Source: an uncultured virus (IMG/VR IMGVR_UViG_3300032288_004103) (lineage: Duplodnaviria; Heunggongvirae; Uroviricota; Caudoviricetes). Taken from it: a DNA stretch of 64,000 bases. Positions within the stretch are counted from its first letter, which is position 1. Each line of letters starts with the position of its first letter. This document shows, in pieces, positions 49,192 to 58,715 of the stretch. The notes beneath the pieces are model-generated. The model was given only the letters and a program-made list of their open reading frames with translations, had not been told where the DNA came from and searched no databases. A program made the position numbers and the translations under genes. Where the stretch lies: IMG/VR virus record IMGVR_UViG_3300032288_004103. One strand, given 5' to 3'.

Positions 49192-50241
49192 ATGGCAAAA
49201 ACACCTTTAAAGAAAAAAGCTTCTGATTTTTCATCAATTAGAAAAAAGTTTTCCTCTAGTGATAAATACAAAGAACAAAAGTATTTTGATCTAGGGGAGG
49301 CTTTCCAAAAGTCTACAGGATTACCAGGTCCTGCTATGGGTCAGATTAATATGCTTTTAGGACACTCTGATACTGGAAAAACAACTGCACTTATTAAAAC
49401 TGCAGTTGACGCTCAAAAGAAGAACGTATTACCTGTTTTTATTATAACAGAACAAAAATTTAGTTTTGAACATGCTAAACAAATGGGTTTAGAGACTGAA
49501 TACATTGAAGAAGTAGACGAAAAAACAGGTGAAGTTAGTGCATATTGGGACGGTTTTCTGTTATATAAATTAGGTTTTGATTATATTGAGCAAGCATTTG
49601 AATATTGTACAGAAATTTTAGATGCACAAAAAAATGGTGAAATACCTTATGATATAGTATTTTTATGGGACTCAATAGGGACAATACCTTGTCAAATGAG
49701 TTTTGAAGGAAAAGGAGGAAATCAACATACCGCTAGAGTAATTTCAGAAAAATGGGGTATGGGATTAGCCCAAAGAATTACTTCATCTCGTAAAGAAAGT
49801 TTTCCTTACACTAATACTATGATTTTTGTAAACCAACCTTGGGTTGCATTACCCGATAATCCATTTGGACAACCTACAATACAACCAAAAGGTGGTAACT
49901 CAATTTACCTATCTTGTGCTTTAGTATTCTTATTTGGTAATCAAAAAAGTTCTGGAGTTTCAAAATTATCTGCCACTAATAAAGGTAGAAAAGTAAACTT
50001 CGCAATAAGAACAAAAGTTGGTATCCATAAAAACCATATGAATGGTTTAGGGTATGCGGATAATAAAATTTTAGCTACAACACATGGATTTATTGAAGAT
50101 GATAAAAAATCTATAGACGATTATAAATCTGAAAATAAAGATTATTGGGCAGAAGTTTTTGGTGGGTTTGAAGGAGATTCAAATTTTGAAGTAGTAGAAG
50201 AAAACTTCATTGAGTCACCCGTTGATTATTCAGATGATTGA
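49192..50241 (+). CDS. uvsX: RecA/UvsX-like recombinase
   Basis: Walker A GHSDTGKT, Walker B FLWDSIG, FVNQ, KGG, KNH. Confidence 0.88.
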   Translation: MAKTPLKKKASDFSSIRKKFSSSDKYKEQKYFDLGEAFQKSTGLPGPAMGQINMLLGHSDTGKTTALIKTAVDAQKKNVLPVFIITEQKFSFEHAKQMGLETEYIEEVDEKTGEVSAYWDGFLLYKLGFDYIEQAFEYCTEILDAQKNGEIPYDIVFLWDSIGTIPCQMSFEGKGGNQHTARVISEKWGMGLAQRITSSRKESFPYTNTMIFVNQPWVALPDNPFGQPTIQPKGGNSIYLSCALVFLFGNQKSSGVSKLSATNKGRKVNFAIRTKVGIHKNHMNGLGYADNKILATTHGFIEDDKKSIDDYKSENKDYWAEVFGGFEGDSNFEVVEENFIESPVDYSDD

Positions 50242-50266
50242 TTGTTTAACCATTAAATGATGGTTT

Positions 50267-51310
50267 GTGAAAATTCCTAATAGAAAGAATAAAACATTTC
50301 AAAAAACTTTAATTGTTGATGGTGATTCGTTGATAAAAACCGCCTATCATGGGGCTAAAGATCTTTACTATAAAGATACTCATATAGGCGGTATTTTTCA
50401 ATTCCTAACTATGATTAGGAAAATGGTTAACGAATACAAATTTGATAAGGTTTATGTTTTTTGGGATGGACAATTTAGTGGTAGAATCAGATATGAATTA
50501 TATAAAGATTATAAATCTAATAGAGATAAAGATTTTTATGTCGATAAACCACCTTCTGAGATAGAATTATTTCTACAAAAAGAAAGAGTCAAATTTTATT
50601 GTGAGGAATTATTCATAAGACAATATAGTGATGATATAGTTGAGGCAGATGATTTAATTGGTTATTATATTAAAAACATTTCAGAGGATGAAAAAGTTGT
50701 TATAATGACTAATGATAGAGATATGTGTCAACTTATTGGTGATAGAGTAGGTATCTATTTAATAAATTTAAAAAAGATAATCACAAAGGATAATTACTCT
50801 GAATATTTTAATCACCATTATTCTAATTTAAAATTAATAAAAATTATTTCTGGAGATACAAGTGATAATATAAAAGGTATTACAGGTATAAGTGAAAAAA
50901 CATTAATAAAGTTTTTTCCTGAAATTAAAGAAAAAACTTTGACATTGGAATATATTATCAGTAAAATTGAAGATATACAAAAAGACAGAAAAAATAATCT
51001 TAAAAGTTTGGACAATATAGTTAATAAAGTTACTAAAGGTATACAAAAAGAAAGAATATATGAAATCAACGAAAGATTGATAGATTTAAGTAACCCATTA
51101 ATAACCGAAAACACTAAATCTGATTTAGATTATTTAATGTCAACAACAATCGATCCTGAAGGAAGAGAAATAAAAAATGTTATCAAAATGATGATGGAAG
51201 ATGGTTTAATGATGGCAATACCGGGAGGAAGAGAAGGGTATATAAATTTTTTACAACCATTTTTATCATTAATTAAAAAAGAAAAAAAATATTATAATAG
51301 TTTAAAATGA
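50267..51310 (+). CDS. rnh: 5'-3' exonuclease/flap endonuclease (T4 RNase H-like)
   Basis: LIVDGDS, YKSNR, EADDLI, NDRD, GDTSDNIKGITGI; GTG start. Confidence 0.9.
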   Translation: MKIPNRKNKTFQKTLIVDGDSLIKTAYHGAKDLYYKDTHIGGIFQFLTMIRKMVNEYKFDKVYVFWDGQFSGRIRYELYKDYKSNRDKDFYVDKPPSEIELFLQKERVKFYCEELFIRQYSDDIVEADDLIGYYIKNISEDEKVVIMTNDRDMCQLIGDRVGIYLINLKKIITKDNYSEYFNHHYSNLKLIKIISGDTSDNIKGITGISEKTLIKFFPEIKEKTLTLEYIISKIEDIQKDRKNNLKSLDNIVNKVTKGIQKERIYEINERLIDLSNPLITENTKSDLDYLMSTTIDPEGREIKNVIKMMMEDGLMMAIPGGREGYINFLQPFLSLIKKEKKYYNSLK

Positions 51311-51792
51311 ATACAAATATGAAAAAGAGTTATCAAAGTTATCCGTATGAATTCTTATTTATGATTAACGGTAATCCAATTGTGGGAAGAAACTTTCAAA
51401 TAAAAAATTTTAATAAAGAAAGTTTAGGTTCGATAGAATTAAAAGAATTAGTTGACGATGTTGTTTCTGTTATTAGAAATAACTTTAAGAATAATACTTA
51501 CGAATATCTATATAAGTATTACAATTTTTTTAATGAGCAAAATGAAGAGTATGAAGTGAGAGATATATATGAGAATGAAGACTTTTTTACTTTTCAGATT
51601 AAAGTGGATAATAAAGTAGTAGTAGAAAGAATTTTTACTGGAAATGATTACCCACCAAAAGTAAGATATGATGTAGATATAAGAAAAATTATACCTAAAA
51701 TCATTGATATGATACAAAATGGATTAAGTCAAAAAAAATATGATAAAAATTATTGCGATTATGACTTATCACAGATATTTATTAATAACTAA
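51307..51792 (+). CDS. Hypothetical protein
   Basis: 161 aa; ATGA overlap with upstream gene. Confidence 0.7.
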   Translation: MNTNMKKSYQSYPYEFLFMINGNPIVGRNFQIKNFNKESLGSIELKELVDDVVSVIRNNFKNNTYEYLYKYYNFFNEQNEEYEVRDIYENEDFFTFQIKVDNKVVVERIFTGNDYPPKVRYDVDIRKIIPKIIDMIQNGLSQKKYDKNYCDYDLSQIFINN

Positions 51793-51806
51793 ATCTAGTA
51801 AACGTT

Positions 51807-53189
51807 ATGGCGAAAAATGAGAGTTCGAATTTGGGGTATTTAGGGTATAGTTTCCAATTAAAACTAGTAAAACAATTAATAGAAGATCAAAAATTTTCTG
51901 AGAGTATTATAGAGATAATAGATCCGAATTATTTTGACAATGAATATATGAGATTAGTTGTTGCTAGTATTAAAAACTATTACGAAAAATATGAAACCAT
52001 ACCGTCTTATGAAACAATTTTTAACCTTGTTAAGACTGAAGTAAGAAGAGAAATTACAAGAGAATCAGCAAATGAATTAATTAAAGAGGTTAAAAGTGCA
52101 GATAATAAAGATTGTTTACACACACAAGACGTTGCCATTAAGTTCTGCAAACAACAAGAGCTTAAGAAGGCTACACAAAAAATCCAAAAGATTTTAGATA
52201 CAGGGGATTTTGATAGATATGAAGAGTGTGAAGAAATAGTTAAACAAGCAATATCTGTTGGTTCAGAAAAAGACGAAGGTGTTGATATTTTTCATTCGTT
52301 AGAAGATGTTTTAGCTGATGATTTTAGAAGTCCGATACCTACTGGTTTGGTTGGTATAGATAACCTAATGGGTGGTGGTTTATCTAAAGGTGAACTAGGT
52401 GTTATATTGGCAGCTTTTGGGGTTGGTAAAACAACATTAATGACTAGAATGGCGAATACTGCATATCAGATGGGTAAGAATGTGGTACAAATTTTCTTTG
52501 AGGATAATGTTAAAGTAATCCAAAGAAAACACTTTACATGTTTTACTGAAGTTCCTTTAGGGGAATTAAGTGATAGAAAAGATGAGGTACAAGAAAAGTT
52601 AGTTAATTTCCAAAATCTACCAGGTAATTTAATTTTGAAAAAAATGCCTAGTGATGGTACAACTATACCACACATCAAACAATACCTAAGAAAATTAATT
52701 TCAAATGGTATTAAACCAGATATAGTCTTTTTAGATTATATAGATTGTGTCCAACCTACAAAACAATTTAAAGATGAATTTAGTGGAGAGGGTAATGTAA
52801 TGAGACAATTTGAAACTATGATTTCTGAATTAGATGTGGCTGGATGGACTGCAGTACAAGGTAATAGAAGTGCTATAGGTGCGGAATTAGTTGAGGCTAA
52901 CATGATGGGAGGTTCAATTAAGAAAGGACAAATAGGACATTTTATTTTATCCGCAGCAAAAACTTTAGAACAAAAAGAAGAAGGTAGAGCAACCTTAGCT
53001 ATTTTAAAATCTAGATTTGGTAAAGATGGTGTTGTATTTGAAGATATTTTATTTGATAACGGAACTCTAATTGTAGATACTAGTGATAGTAGAGATGTGA
53101 CATTATTAGAACACGAAAAAGGTAATAAGAAAAAAGATTCTAATTTCATACAGGAAACGTTAAATAAAAGAAGAGAATCACTTAATTAA
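51807..53189 (+). CDS. dnaB: Replicative DNA helicase (DnaB/T4 gp41-like)
   Basis: IPTGL..ID..GGL..GEL, AFGVGKT, FLDYID, WTAVQGNR, KSRFG. Confidence 0.92.
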   Translation: MAKNESSNLGYLGYSFQLKLVKQLIEDQKFSESIIEIIDPNYFDNEYMRLVVASIKNYYEKYETIPSYETIFNLVKTEVRREITRESANELIKEVKSADNKDCLHTQDVAIKFCKQQELKKATQKIQKILDTGDFDRYEECEEIVKQAISVGSEKDEGVDIFHSLEDVLADDFRSPIPTGLVGIDNLMGGGLSKGELGVILAAFGVGKTTLMTRMANTAYQMGKNVVQIFFEDNVKVIQRKHFTCFTEVPLGELSDRKDEVQEKLVNFQNLPGNLILKKMPSDGTTIPHIKQYLRKLISNGIKPDIVFLDYIDCVQPTKQFKDEFSGEGNVMRQFETMISELDVAGWTAVQGNRSAIGAELVEANMMGGSIKKGQIGHFILSAAKTLEQKEEGRATLAILKSRFGKDGVVFEDILFDNGTLIVDTSDSRDVTLLEHEKGNKKKDSNFIQETLNKRRESLN

Positions 53190-53283
53190 ATTTTTTTGAA
53201 TAGAGTAATGATTTAAAATATAAATCATATAGAATAATACACACTTAAAAATAATAACAAATTAAAAAATAAAAATTAAAAAA

Positions 53284-55143
53284 ATGGAATTATCAAATAA
53301 GATTTTGTCTGATATCACTGTTTATATGAAGTATGCTAAATTTTTACCCGAAAAAAATAGAAGAGAGAGTTGGGAAGAATTAGTTACTAGAAACAAAGAA
53401 ATGCATCAAAATAAATATCCTAACATAAAAGACGAAATTGAAGAGGTTTATAAATTGGTATATGATAAGAAAATATTACCATCAATGAGGAGTCTACAAT
53501 TTGGAGGTAAACCAATTGAAATATCCCCTAACAGAGTATATAATTGTGCGTATTTACCTATAGATCATGTTGACGCATTTTCTGAAACAATGTTTTTATT
53601 GTTAGGTGGTACAGGAGTGGGTTACTCAGTACAAAGACATCACGTAGAAAAATTACCTGAATTAAGAAAACCTAATCCTGATAGAAAAAGAAGATATTTG
53701 ATAGGTGACTCTATTGAAGGTTGGGCGGACGCAATTAAAGTTTTATTGGAGTCTTATTTTGGTGTTAAATCATCTACACCTGTATTTGATTATTCAGATA
53801 TCAGACATAAAGGTGCGTTATTAGTTACCTCTGGTGGTAAAGCACCTGGACCACAACCTTTAAAAGATTGTATCCACAATATTAAAAAAGTATTAGATTC
53901 AAAGGAGGATGGTGATAAATTAACTCCTATTGAAGTTCATGATATCGTTTGTCACATTGCAGATGCAGTACTTGCTGGTGGTATTAGAAGAGCGGCATTA
54001 ATTAGTTTATTTTCTGCCGATGATAATGAAATGATTTCTTGTAAATCAGGAAACTGGTGGGAATTAAATCCCCAAAGAGGTAGAGCAAATAACTCAGCAG
54101 TTTTATTAAGACATAAGGTGACGAAAGAATTTTTCTTAGATTTATGGAAAAGAATTGAATTGAGTGGGGCTGGTGAACCAGGAATATATTTCTCAAATGA
54201 TAAAGATTGGGGTACTAATCCTTGTTGTGAAATAGGTTTAAGACCTTACCAATTTTGTAATTTATGTGAGGTTAACGCTTCAGATATAGAATCACAAGAA
54301 GATTTTGAAAAAAGAGTTAAGGCGGCAGCATTTATAGGTACATTACAGGCAGGGTATACGGATTTCCATTATCTTAGAGATGTTTGGAAAAGAACAACTG
54401 AAAAAGATGCATTGATTGGTGTTGGAATGACAGGTATTGGTTCTGGTGTAGTATTGGGTTATGATATGAAAGCAGCTTCAGAATCAGTAAAAGAAGAAAA
54501 TGAAAGAGTTGCTAAATTAATCGGTATTAATTCTGCTGCTAGGACAACTACTGTAAAACCATCTGGTACATCATCTTTAGTTTTAGGTACTTCTTCGGGA
54601 ATTCATGCTTGGCACAATGACTATTACATTAGAAGAATACGTGTAGGTAAAAATGAGGCTATATATACATACTTAGCGATTAATCATCCTGAATTAGTAG
54701 AGGATGAAATTTTTAGACCTCACGATACGGCAGTTATTTCTATACCACAAAAATCACCTGAAGGTTCTATTTTAAGATATGAATCCCCATTTGAGTTATT
54801 AGAGAGAGTTAAAAAAGTTTCACAAGAATGGATTAAATACGGACACAGAAGTGGACAAAACACACATAACGTTTCTGCAACTATTTCTTTAAAGGAGGAA
54901 GATTGGGAATTAGCTGGTGAATGGATGTGGACTAATAGAAAATTCTATAATGGATTATCTGTTTTACCTTATAACGGAGGAACATATCAACAAGCACCTT
55001 TCGAAGATTGTGATAAAGAAACTTACGATAGAATGATGGAATCTTTAACTTCTGTTGATTTAAGTAAAATTATAGAATTACAAGATAATACTAATCTTTC
55101 AGGTGAAGTTGCCTGCGCTAACGGATCTTGCGAAGTTATTTAA
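53284..55143 (+). CDS. nrdJ: Class II (adenosylcobalamin-dependent) ribonucleotide reductase, monomeric RTPR type
   Basis: PSMRSL, NCA, GTGVG, IRRAALI, TNPCCEI, TVKPSGT, C-terminal CANGSC; no adjacent beta-subunit gene. Confidence 0.9.
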   Translation: MELSNKILSDITVYMKYAKFLPEKNRRESWEELVTRNKEMHQNKYPNIKDEIEEVYKLVYDKKILPSMRSLQFGGKPIEISPNRVYNCAYLPIDHVDAFSETMFLLLGGTGVGYSVQRHHVEKLPELRKPNPDRKRRYLIGDSIEGWADAIKVLLESYFGVKSSTPVFDYSDIRHKGALLVTSGGKAPGPQPLKDCIHNIKKVLDSKEDGDKLTPIEVHDIVCHIADAVLAGGIRRAALISLFSADDNEMISCKSGNWWELNPQRGRANNSAVLLRHKVTKEFFLDLWKRIELSGAGEPGIYFSNDKDWGTNPCCEIGLRPYQFCNLCEVNASDIESQEDFEKRVKAAAFIGTLQAGYTDFHYLRDVWKRTTEKDALIGVGMTGIGSGVVLGYDMKAASESVKEENERVAKLIGINSAARTTTVKPSGTSSLVLGTSSGIHAWHNDYYIRRIRVGKNEAIYTYLAINHPELVEDEIFRPHDTAVISIPQKSPEGSILRYESPFELLERVKKVSQEWIKYGHRSGQNTHNVSATISLKEEDWELAGEWMWTNRKFYNGLSVLPYNGGTYQQAPFEDCDKETYDRMMESLTSVDLSKIIELQDNTNLSGEVACANGSCEVI

Positions 55144-55148
55144 ATTTA

Positions 55149-55187
55149 AAAAAAGTAAGGAAAAAAATAAAATTTCCTTACTTTTTT
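55149..55187. terminator. Inverted repeat/terminator after nrdJ
   Basis: AAAAAAGTAAGGAAA-n9-TTTCCTTACTTTTTT. Confidence 0.7.
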
Positions 55188-55231
55188 AATTTCACAACAT
55201 ATTTATATAATGAAACAAATACTTGTGAATT

Positions 55232-55843
55232 ATGAAAAAAATTGAAATGGTTGGTAGAATTTTTGGTAAATTAAAAGTTATTTCTGAATTACACAAAAAC
55301 AAAAATGGTCATATAAAATATAAATGTGAATGTGAATGTGGAAAAATTAAAGATATTTTTGGTACCCATTTACGTAGTGGAAAAATAGTATCTTGTGGTT
55401 GTATTAATAATGTAAATAAAGAAGGTGGTATAAATGGTGAATTATGGTACAATTTAACTAAAAATAAAATATCTAAGAGAATCATAAGAAAAAATTTAAG
55501 TTTTGATTTAACAAAAGAATACATATATGATTTATATAAAAAACAAAATGGGAAATGTAATTTATCTGGAATTGAAATTACACTACCGATTAGTTGGAAT
55601 GATAAAACATATACTGCTTCGTTAGATAGAATAGACAGTAAAAAGGGATATGAAATAGGAAATGTCCAATGGGTACATAAACATATTAACGTGATGAAAA
55701 ATATTTTTGAACAAAATATGTTTATATTTTTATGTAATAAAGTTTCTGAAAATCATAAAAACTGTGATTATGATATTGAATTATTAAATAATTTTAAATG
55801 GGGTTTAAATACAAAATATTATGAAAGTAGCATGGGGAAATGA
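55232..55843 (+). CDS. Free-standing HNH-type homing endonuclease
   Basis: GRIFGKLKV..CECECG..HLRSG..SCGC N-domain; SLDRIDSKKGYEIGNVQWVHKHINVMK nuclease motif. Confidence 0.8.
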   Translation: MKKIEMVGRIFGKLKVISELHKNKNGHIKYKCECECGKIKDIFGTHLRSGKIVSCGCINNVNKEGGINGELWYNLTKNKISKRIIRKNLSFDLTKEYIYDLYKKQNGKCNLSGIEITLPISWNDKTYTASLDRIDSKKGYEIGNVQWVHKHINVMKNIFEQNMFIFLCNKVSENHKNCDYDIELLNNFKWGLNTKYYESSMGK

Positions 55844-55897
55844 TGTAACGCTAACACATCAAATATTGTTAGCGTTTTATAATCAAAGAAAAAATAA

Positions 55898-56131
55898 TTG
55901 ATTATGAATGTAGGAGCATCTAAAGATTGGGTACAACAACTTTATGTAAGAGAATTTGGGCCTAAATTACAACCTAATGAGTTTTATTATGATAATCAGG
56001 GTAGAATGGTTATGACAGAAGAATATCATATTAAAAGAGGTAGATGTTGTGGTAATGGTTGTTTACATTGTCCTTATGAACCCAAACACGAAAGAGGAAA
56101 TACAAAATTAAATGAATCCCTACAAAAGTAG
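55898..56131 (+). CDS. DUF5522-like small Cys-rich protein
   Basis: YHIKRGRCCGNGCLHCPY motif; the true start may be ATG 55904. Confidence 0.7.
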   Translation: MIMNVGASKDWVQQLYVREFGPKLQPNEFYYDNQGRMVMTEEYHIKRGRCCGNGCLHCPYEPKHERGNTKLNESLQK

Positions 56132-56143
56132 GGATTTTTTTTT
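56115..56143. terminator. Terminator between convergent genes
   Basis: AATCCCTAC-AAAA-GTAGGGATT followed by a T run. Confidence 0.75.
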
Positions 56144-56705
56144 ATGTATTAAATTTTTTAGAATAAAGATATTTTATCATCTCAATATCTTTATTTGTAA
56201 GATAATGGTTATGATCTAATATAGAATTATTTTCTTTTTCATAATGGGTAAATCCTAACATATGAAACATTTCATGTCTTATTGTATTAGAAAATGATTT
56301 AAATTCATTGTTTTCTATAATATCTATTTGAATTGTAGATTTAGTTATATTTTTAACACCATAATTATAAGTTAAACCTATAGTTTTTTTACAGTAAATA
56401 TAATCATCTTTAAAAATTCGTACATAATCTTTATCACTTAAAAAATAAATAACTACATTTGAGGAGTCTTTATTTTTAACTAAAGATATATTTATAGGTT
56501 TAATTAAAGTTTTAAAAATACTGATATTCTCAACCACATCCAAAGAGTCTTTTTTGGTATAATTACCATAAAGATAAATTTTAATATCTTTGTGCCACCT
56601 CCTACCATTATCGGACGCAATTAAAAATTCTTCTTCAGTAAATAACTTTTGTGAAAAAATTCCAAAACTATTTAAAAATAGTAACGATAATATTAAATTT
56701 TTCAT
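56142..56705 (-). CDS. Secreted metzincin-type zinc metalloprotease (matrixin/DUF2927-like)
   Basis: Start MKNLILSLLFLNSFGIFSQ (signal peptide) at 56705; HEMFHMLGFTH; SIL..LT..DIEMIKYLY; minus-strand TATATTTG at 56730-56737. Confidence 0.75.
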   Translation of the reverse strand: MKNLILSLLFLNSFGIFSQKLFTEEEFLIASDNGRRWHKDIKIYLYGNYTKKDSLDVVENISIFKTLIKPINISLVKNKDSSNVVIYFLSDKDYVRIFKDDYIYCKKTIGLTYNYGVKNITKSTIQIDIIENNEFKSFSNTIRHEMFHMLGFTHYEKENNSILDHNHYLTNKDIEMIKYLYSKKFNT

Positions 56706-56775
56706 AGTTGTTTTGTATTTATATAAGAACAAATATAATAGTTTTTTTTTAAAACACAAATTTTTTTTTAAAAAT

Positions 56776-58659
56776 ATGAAAAATCTTTTAGAAGAAATAC
56801 AAAGAATGAGATCCCTTATGGTATATGAAAAGGGAACTATTCTTAATGAAGTAAGTACATCTTCTGTTGGTAACCCACCAACCCCTACAGATAAAAAACC
56901 TGCAGAAAATAAACCTGTCGATTCAGAAAAACCTGCAGAAAATAAACCTGTTGATTCAGAAAAACCTAAATCTTCGGATACTAAATGTATGTTTGTTACT
57001 AATACAGAACCTTATAAAACCGATAATGATGTAAATACTGACGTACCTATTAAATTTAAAGATAAATTTATAGAATTGGTAGAAAAAGAGTTTGGGTCAA
57101 TGACAAACGGTGAGTTAACTTTAGAAGATGTAAATGTATTTGGTGGGGCTAGTAATTTTTATGGTAGTGCAGTACAACCAGACTATTGTAATGAATATGA
57201 TGTAACTAAAGGTACTTCATCTTTACAAAAATGGAGTAGTAGTTGTAAAGGTTATGACGCTAAGAAAAAATATACAAATACTGGTGGTAGTAAAAGTAAT
57301 AGAGATTTAGCGTATAGAAGAGCAGAAAAAGTAAAAAAAGAACTATTAAAAAAATTAAAAGAAGCTGGTATAGAAAGACAAGTAAAGTTTGATGAGGCTA
57401 AAATAATGAAAGAAATAAAAGACTCAACTTCAGGATCAGTTTATACTAAAGATTTAACAGATACACATAAATCAGTTTCTAATGAAATAAAGGCAGGTAC
57501 TTTAAATCATGGACAATTTGTGATGATAGACGCTAAGGTATGTTTTAAATTTTATGACCCTTGTCCTAATTGTATGATTAGAGATGTTGAAACAAAAAAA
57601 TGTAGATGTAAAGATGGTTTAACTGAAAAAGATGGTAAATGTTATTGCCCTAATGGTAAAGAAGCTGATGAAAATTGTGAATGTAACACATGTACAGATC
57701 CTTGTATGACATTTAATAAAGAGACTAAAAAATGTGATTGTCCTGAAGGAATGACATATAATGAAGAAACTAAAGAATGTGAATGTCCTAAAGGTTTTAC
57801 AAAAACAGAAAATTGTGAGTGTAAAAAGAAAGAAGAAGAACCTTGTCCTGATAAATGTATGAAACGTGATGAGGATGGTAAATGTAAATGTCCTGAAGGT
57901 ATGAAATTTAATGAGGAAACTCAAAAATGTGATTGTCCTGAAGGGTTCATTAAACCAACCGCAGATGCGTGTAATTGTGTTAAACCAAAGCCACCATTAA
58001 AATGTGGTTTTGAATCTAAAATAGAGGGAGGTAGAGGTACAAAACAAAATAATTTTGTGGCAAAAAGTTTAAAAAGTAGTTTTCCTGCGGGTGAGGGTAA
58101 TTCTATAACAATTTCATTTGACTCAGTAGTTGTACCTGATGCCTATTACATTAAATATGGTGATCAAGAATACTTTAGTGGTTTTAGAGGTGATGTAGTA
58201 AATGATGAATATACACAAGTTGCGTTAAGTGTTGAAGAAAAGAAAAAGATGTTACCGATACAATCTACTTATGTGAAAGGGTTAATTAAACAATCATTAT
58301 CGAATGGGGATAATGATTATAGTGAAATGAATAATGTTCGTAGAAATTTTGTTGGTGAATTAATTATCTATAAAAAAACTGAAGGTTTATTAGAAAGTAT
58401 AAATGCAGCAATTAAAGGTGAAGGTGGTAAGTTAGATGTTAAAAGTATTTTTCAAGACGGAGATAATAGTGCAGAAAGTATTACCGATGAAATTATAAAG
58501 ACTGGAAATATAAAAGACAATATTGTTAAATATAAAGGTATTATGAAAACAAATGCTTCTTTTACAATTGATAAAGAAACAGAAAAATTTGATCTTATTA
58601 TTTTAGTATTTTCACCATTAGATAGAACTATATTTAACATGTCTGTTAAATGTGAATGA
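56776..58659 (+). CDS. Leader-bearing protein with OmpA-like segment and Cys-rich repeats
   Basis: Likely start MKNLLEEIQRMRSLM at 56776; GGASN..NRDLAYRRAEKVK; repeated C-x-C-P-[EK]-G units. Confidence 0.65.
   Translation: MKNLLEEIQRMRSLMVYEKGTILNEVSTSSVGNPPTPTDKKPAENKPVDSEKPAENKPVDSEKPKSSDTKCMFVTNTEPYKTDNDVNTDVPIKFKDKFIELVEKEFGSMTNGELTLEDVNVFGGASNFYGSAVQPDYCNEYDVTKGTSSLQKWSSSCKGYDAKKKYTNTGGSKSNRDLAYRRAEKVKKELLKKLKEAGIERQVKFDEAKIMKEIKDSTSGSVYTKDLTDTHKSVSNEIKAGTLNHGQFVMIDAKVCFKFYDPCPNCMIRDVETKKCRCKDGLTEKDGKCYCPNGKEADENCECNTCTDPCMTFNKETKKCDCPEGMTYNEETKECECPKGFTKTENCECKKKEEEPCPDKCMKRDEDGKCKCPEGMKFNEETQKCDCPEGFIKPTADACNCVKPKPPLKCGFESKIEGGRGTKQNNFVAKSLKSSFPAGEGNSITISFDSVVVPDAYYIKYGDQEYFSGFRGDVVNDEYTQVALSVEEKKKMLPIQSTYVKGLIKQSLSNGDNDYSEMNNVRRNFVGELIIYKKTEGLLESINAAIKGEGGKLDVKSIFQDGDNSAESITDEIIKTGNIKDNIVKYKGIMKTNASFTIDKETEKFDLIILVFSPLDRTIFNMSVKCE
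56894..56967 (+). repeat. 33-bp tandem repeat (KPAENKPVDSE x2)
   Basis: Copies at 56894-56926 and 56927-56959 with one mismatch, plus a partial third copy. Confidence 0.9.
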
Positions 58660-58715
58660 TAATATTATTTTATTATTTATTTTCAAAAAATTCATAGTAC
58701 AATATTTATATACAA

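Noticed and set aside
5691..55143. Inteins or introns in polB, helicases, uvsX or nrdJ
   Set aside because: Motif spacing and lengths are normal; no intein splice motifs or split frames seen.
56590..56775. Track starts at 56590 (+) and 56759 (-)
   Set aside because: They run through the divergent promoter region; ATG 56776 and ATG 56705 give a leader motif and a signal peptide respectively.
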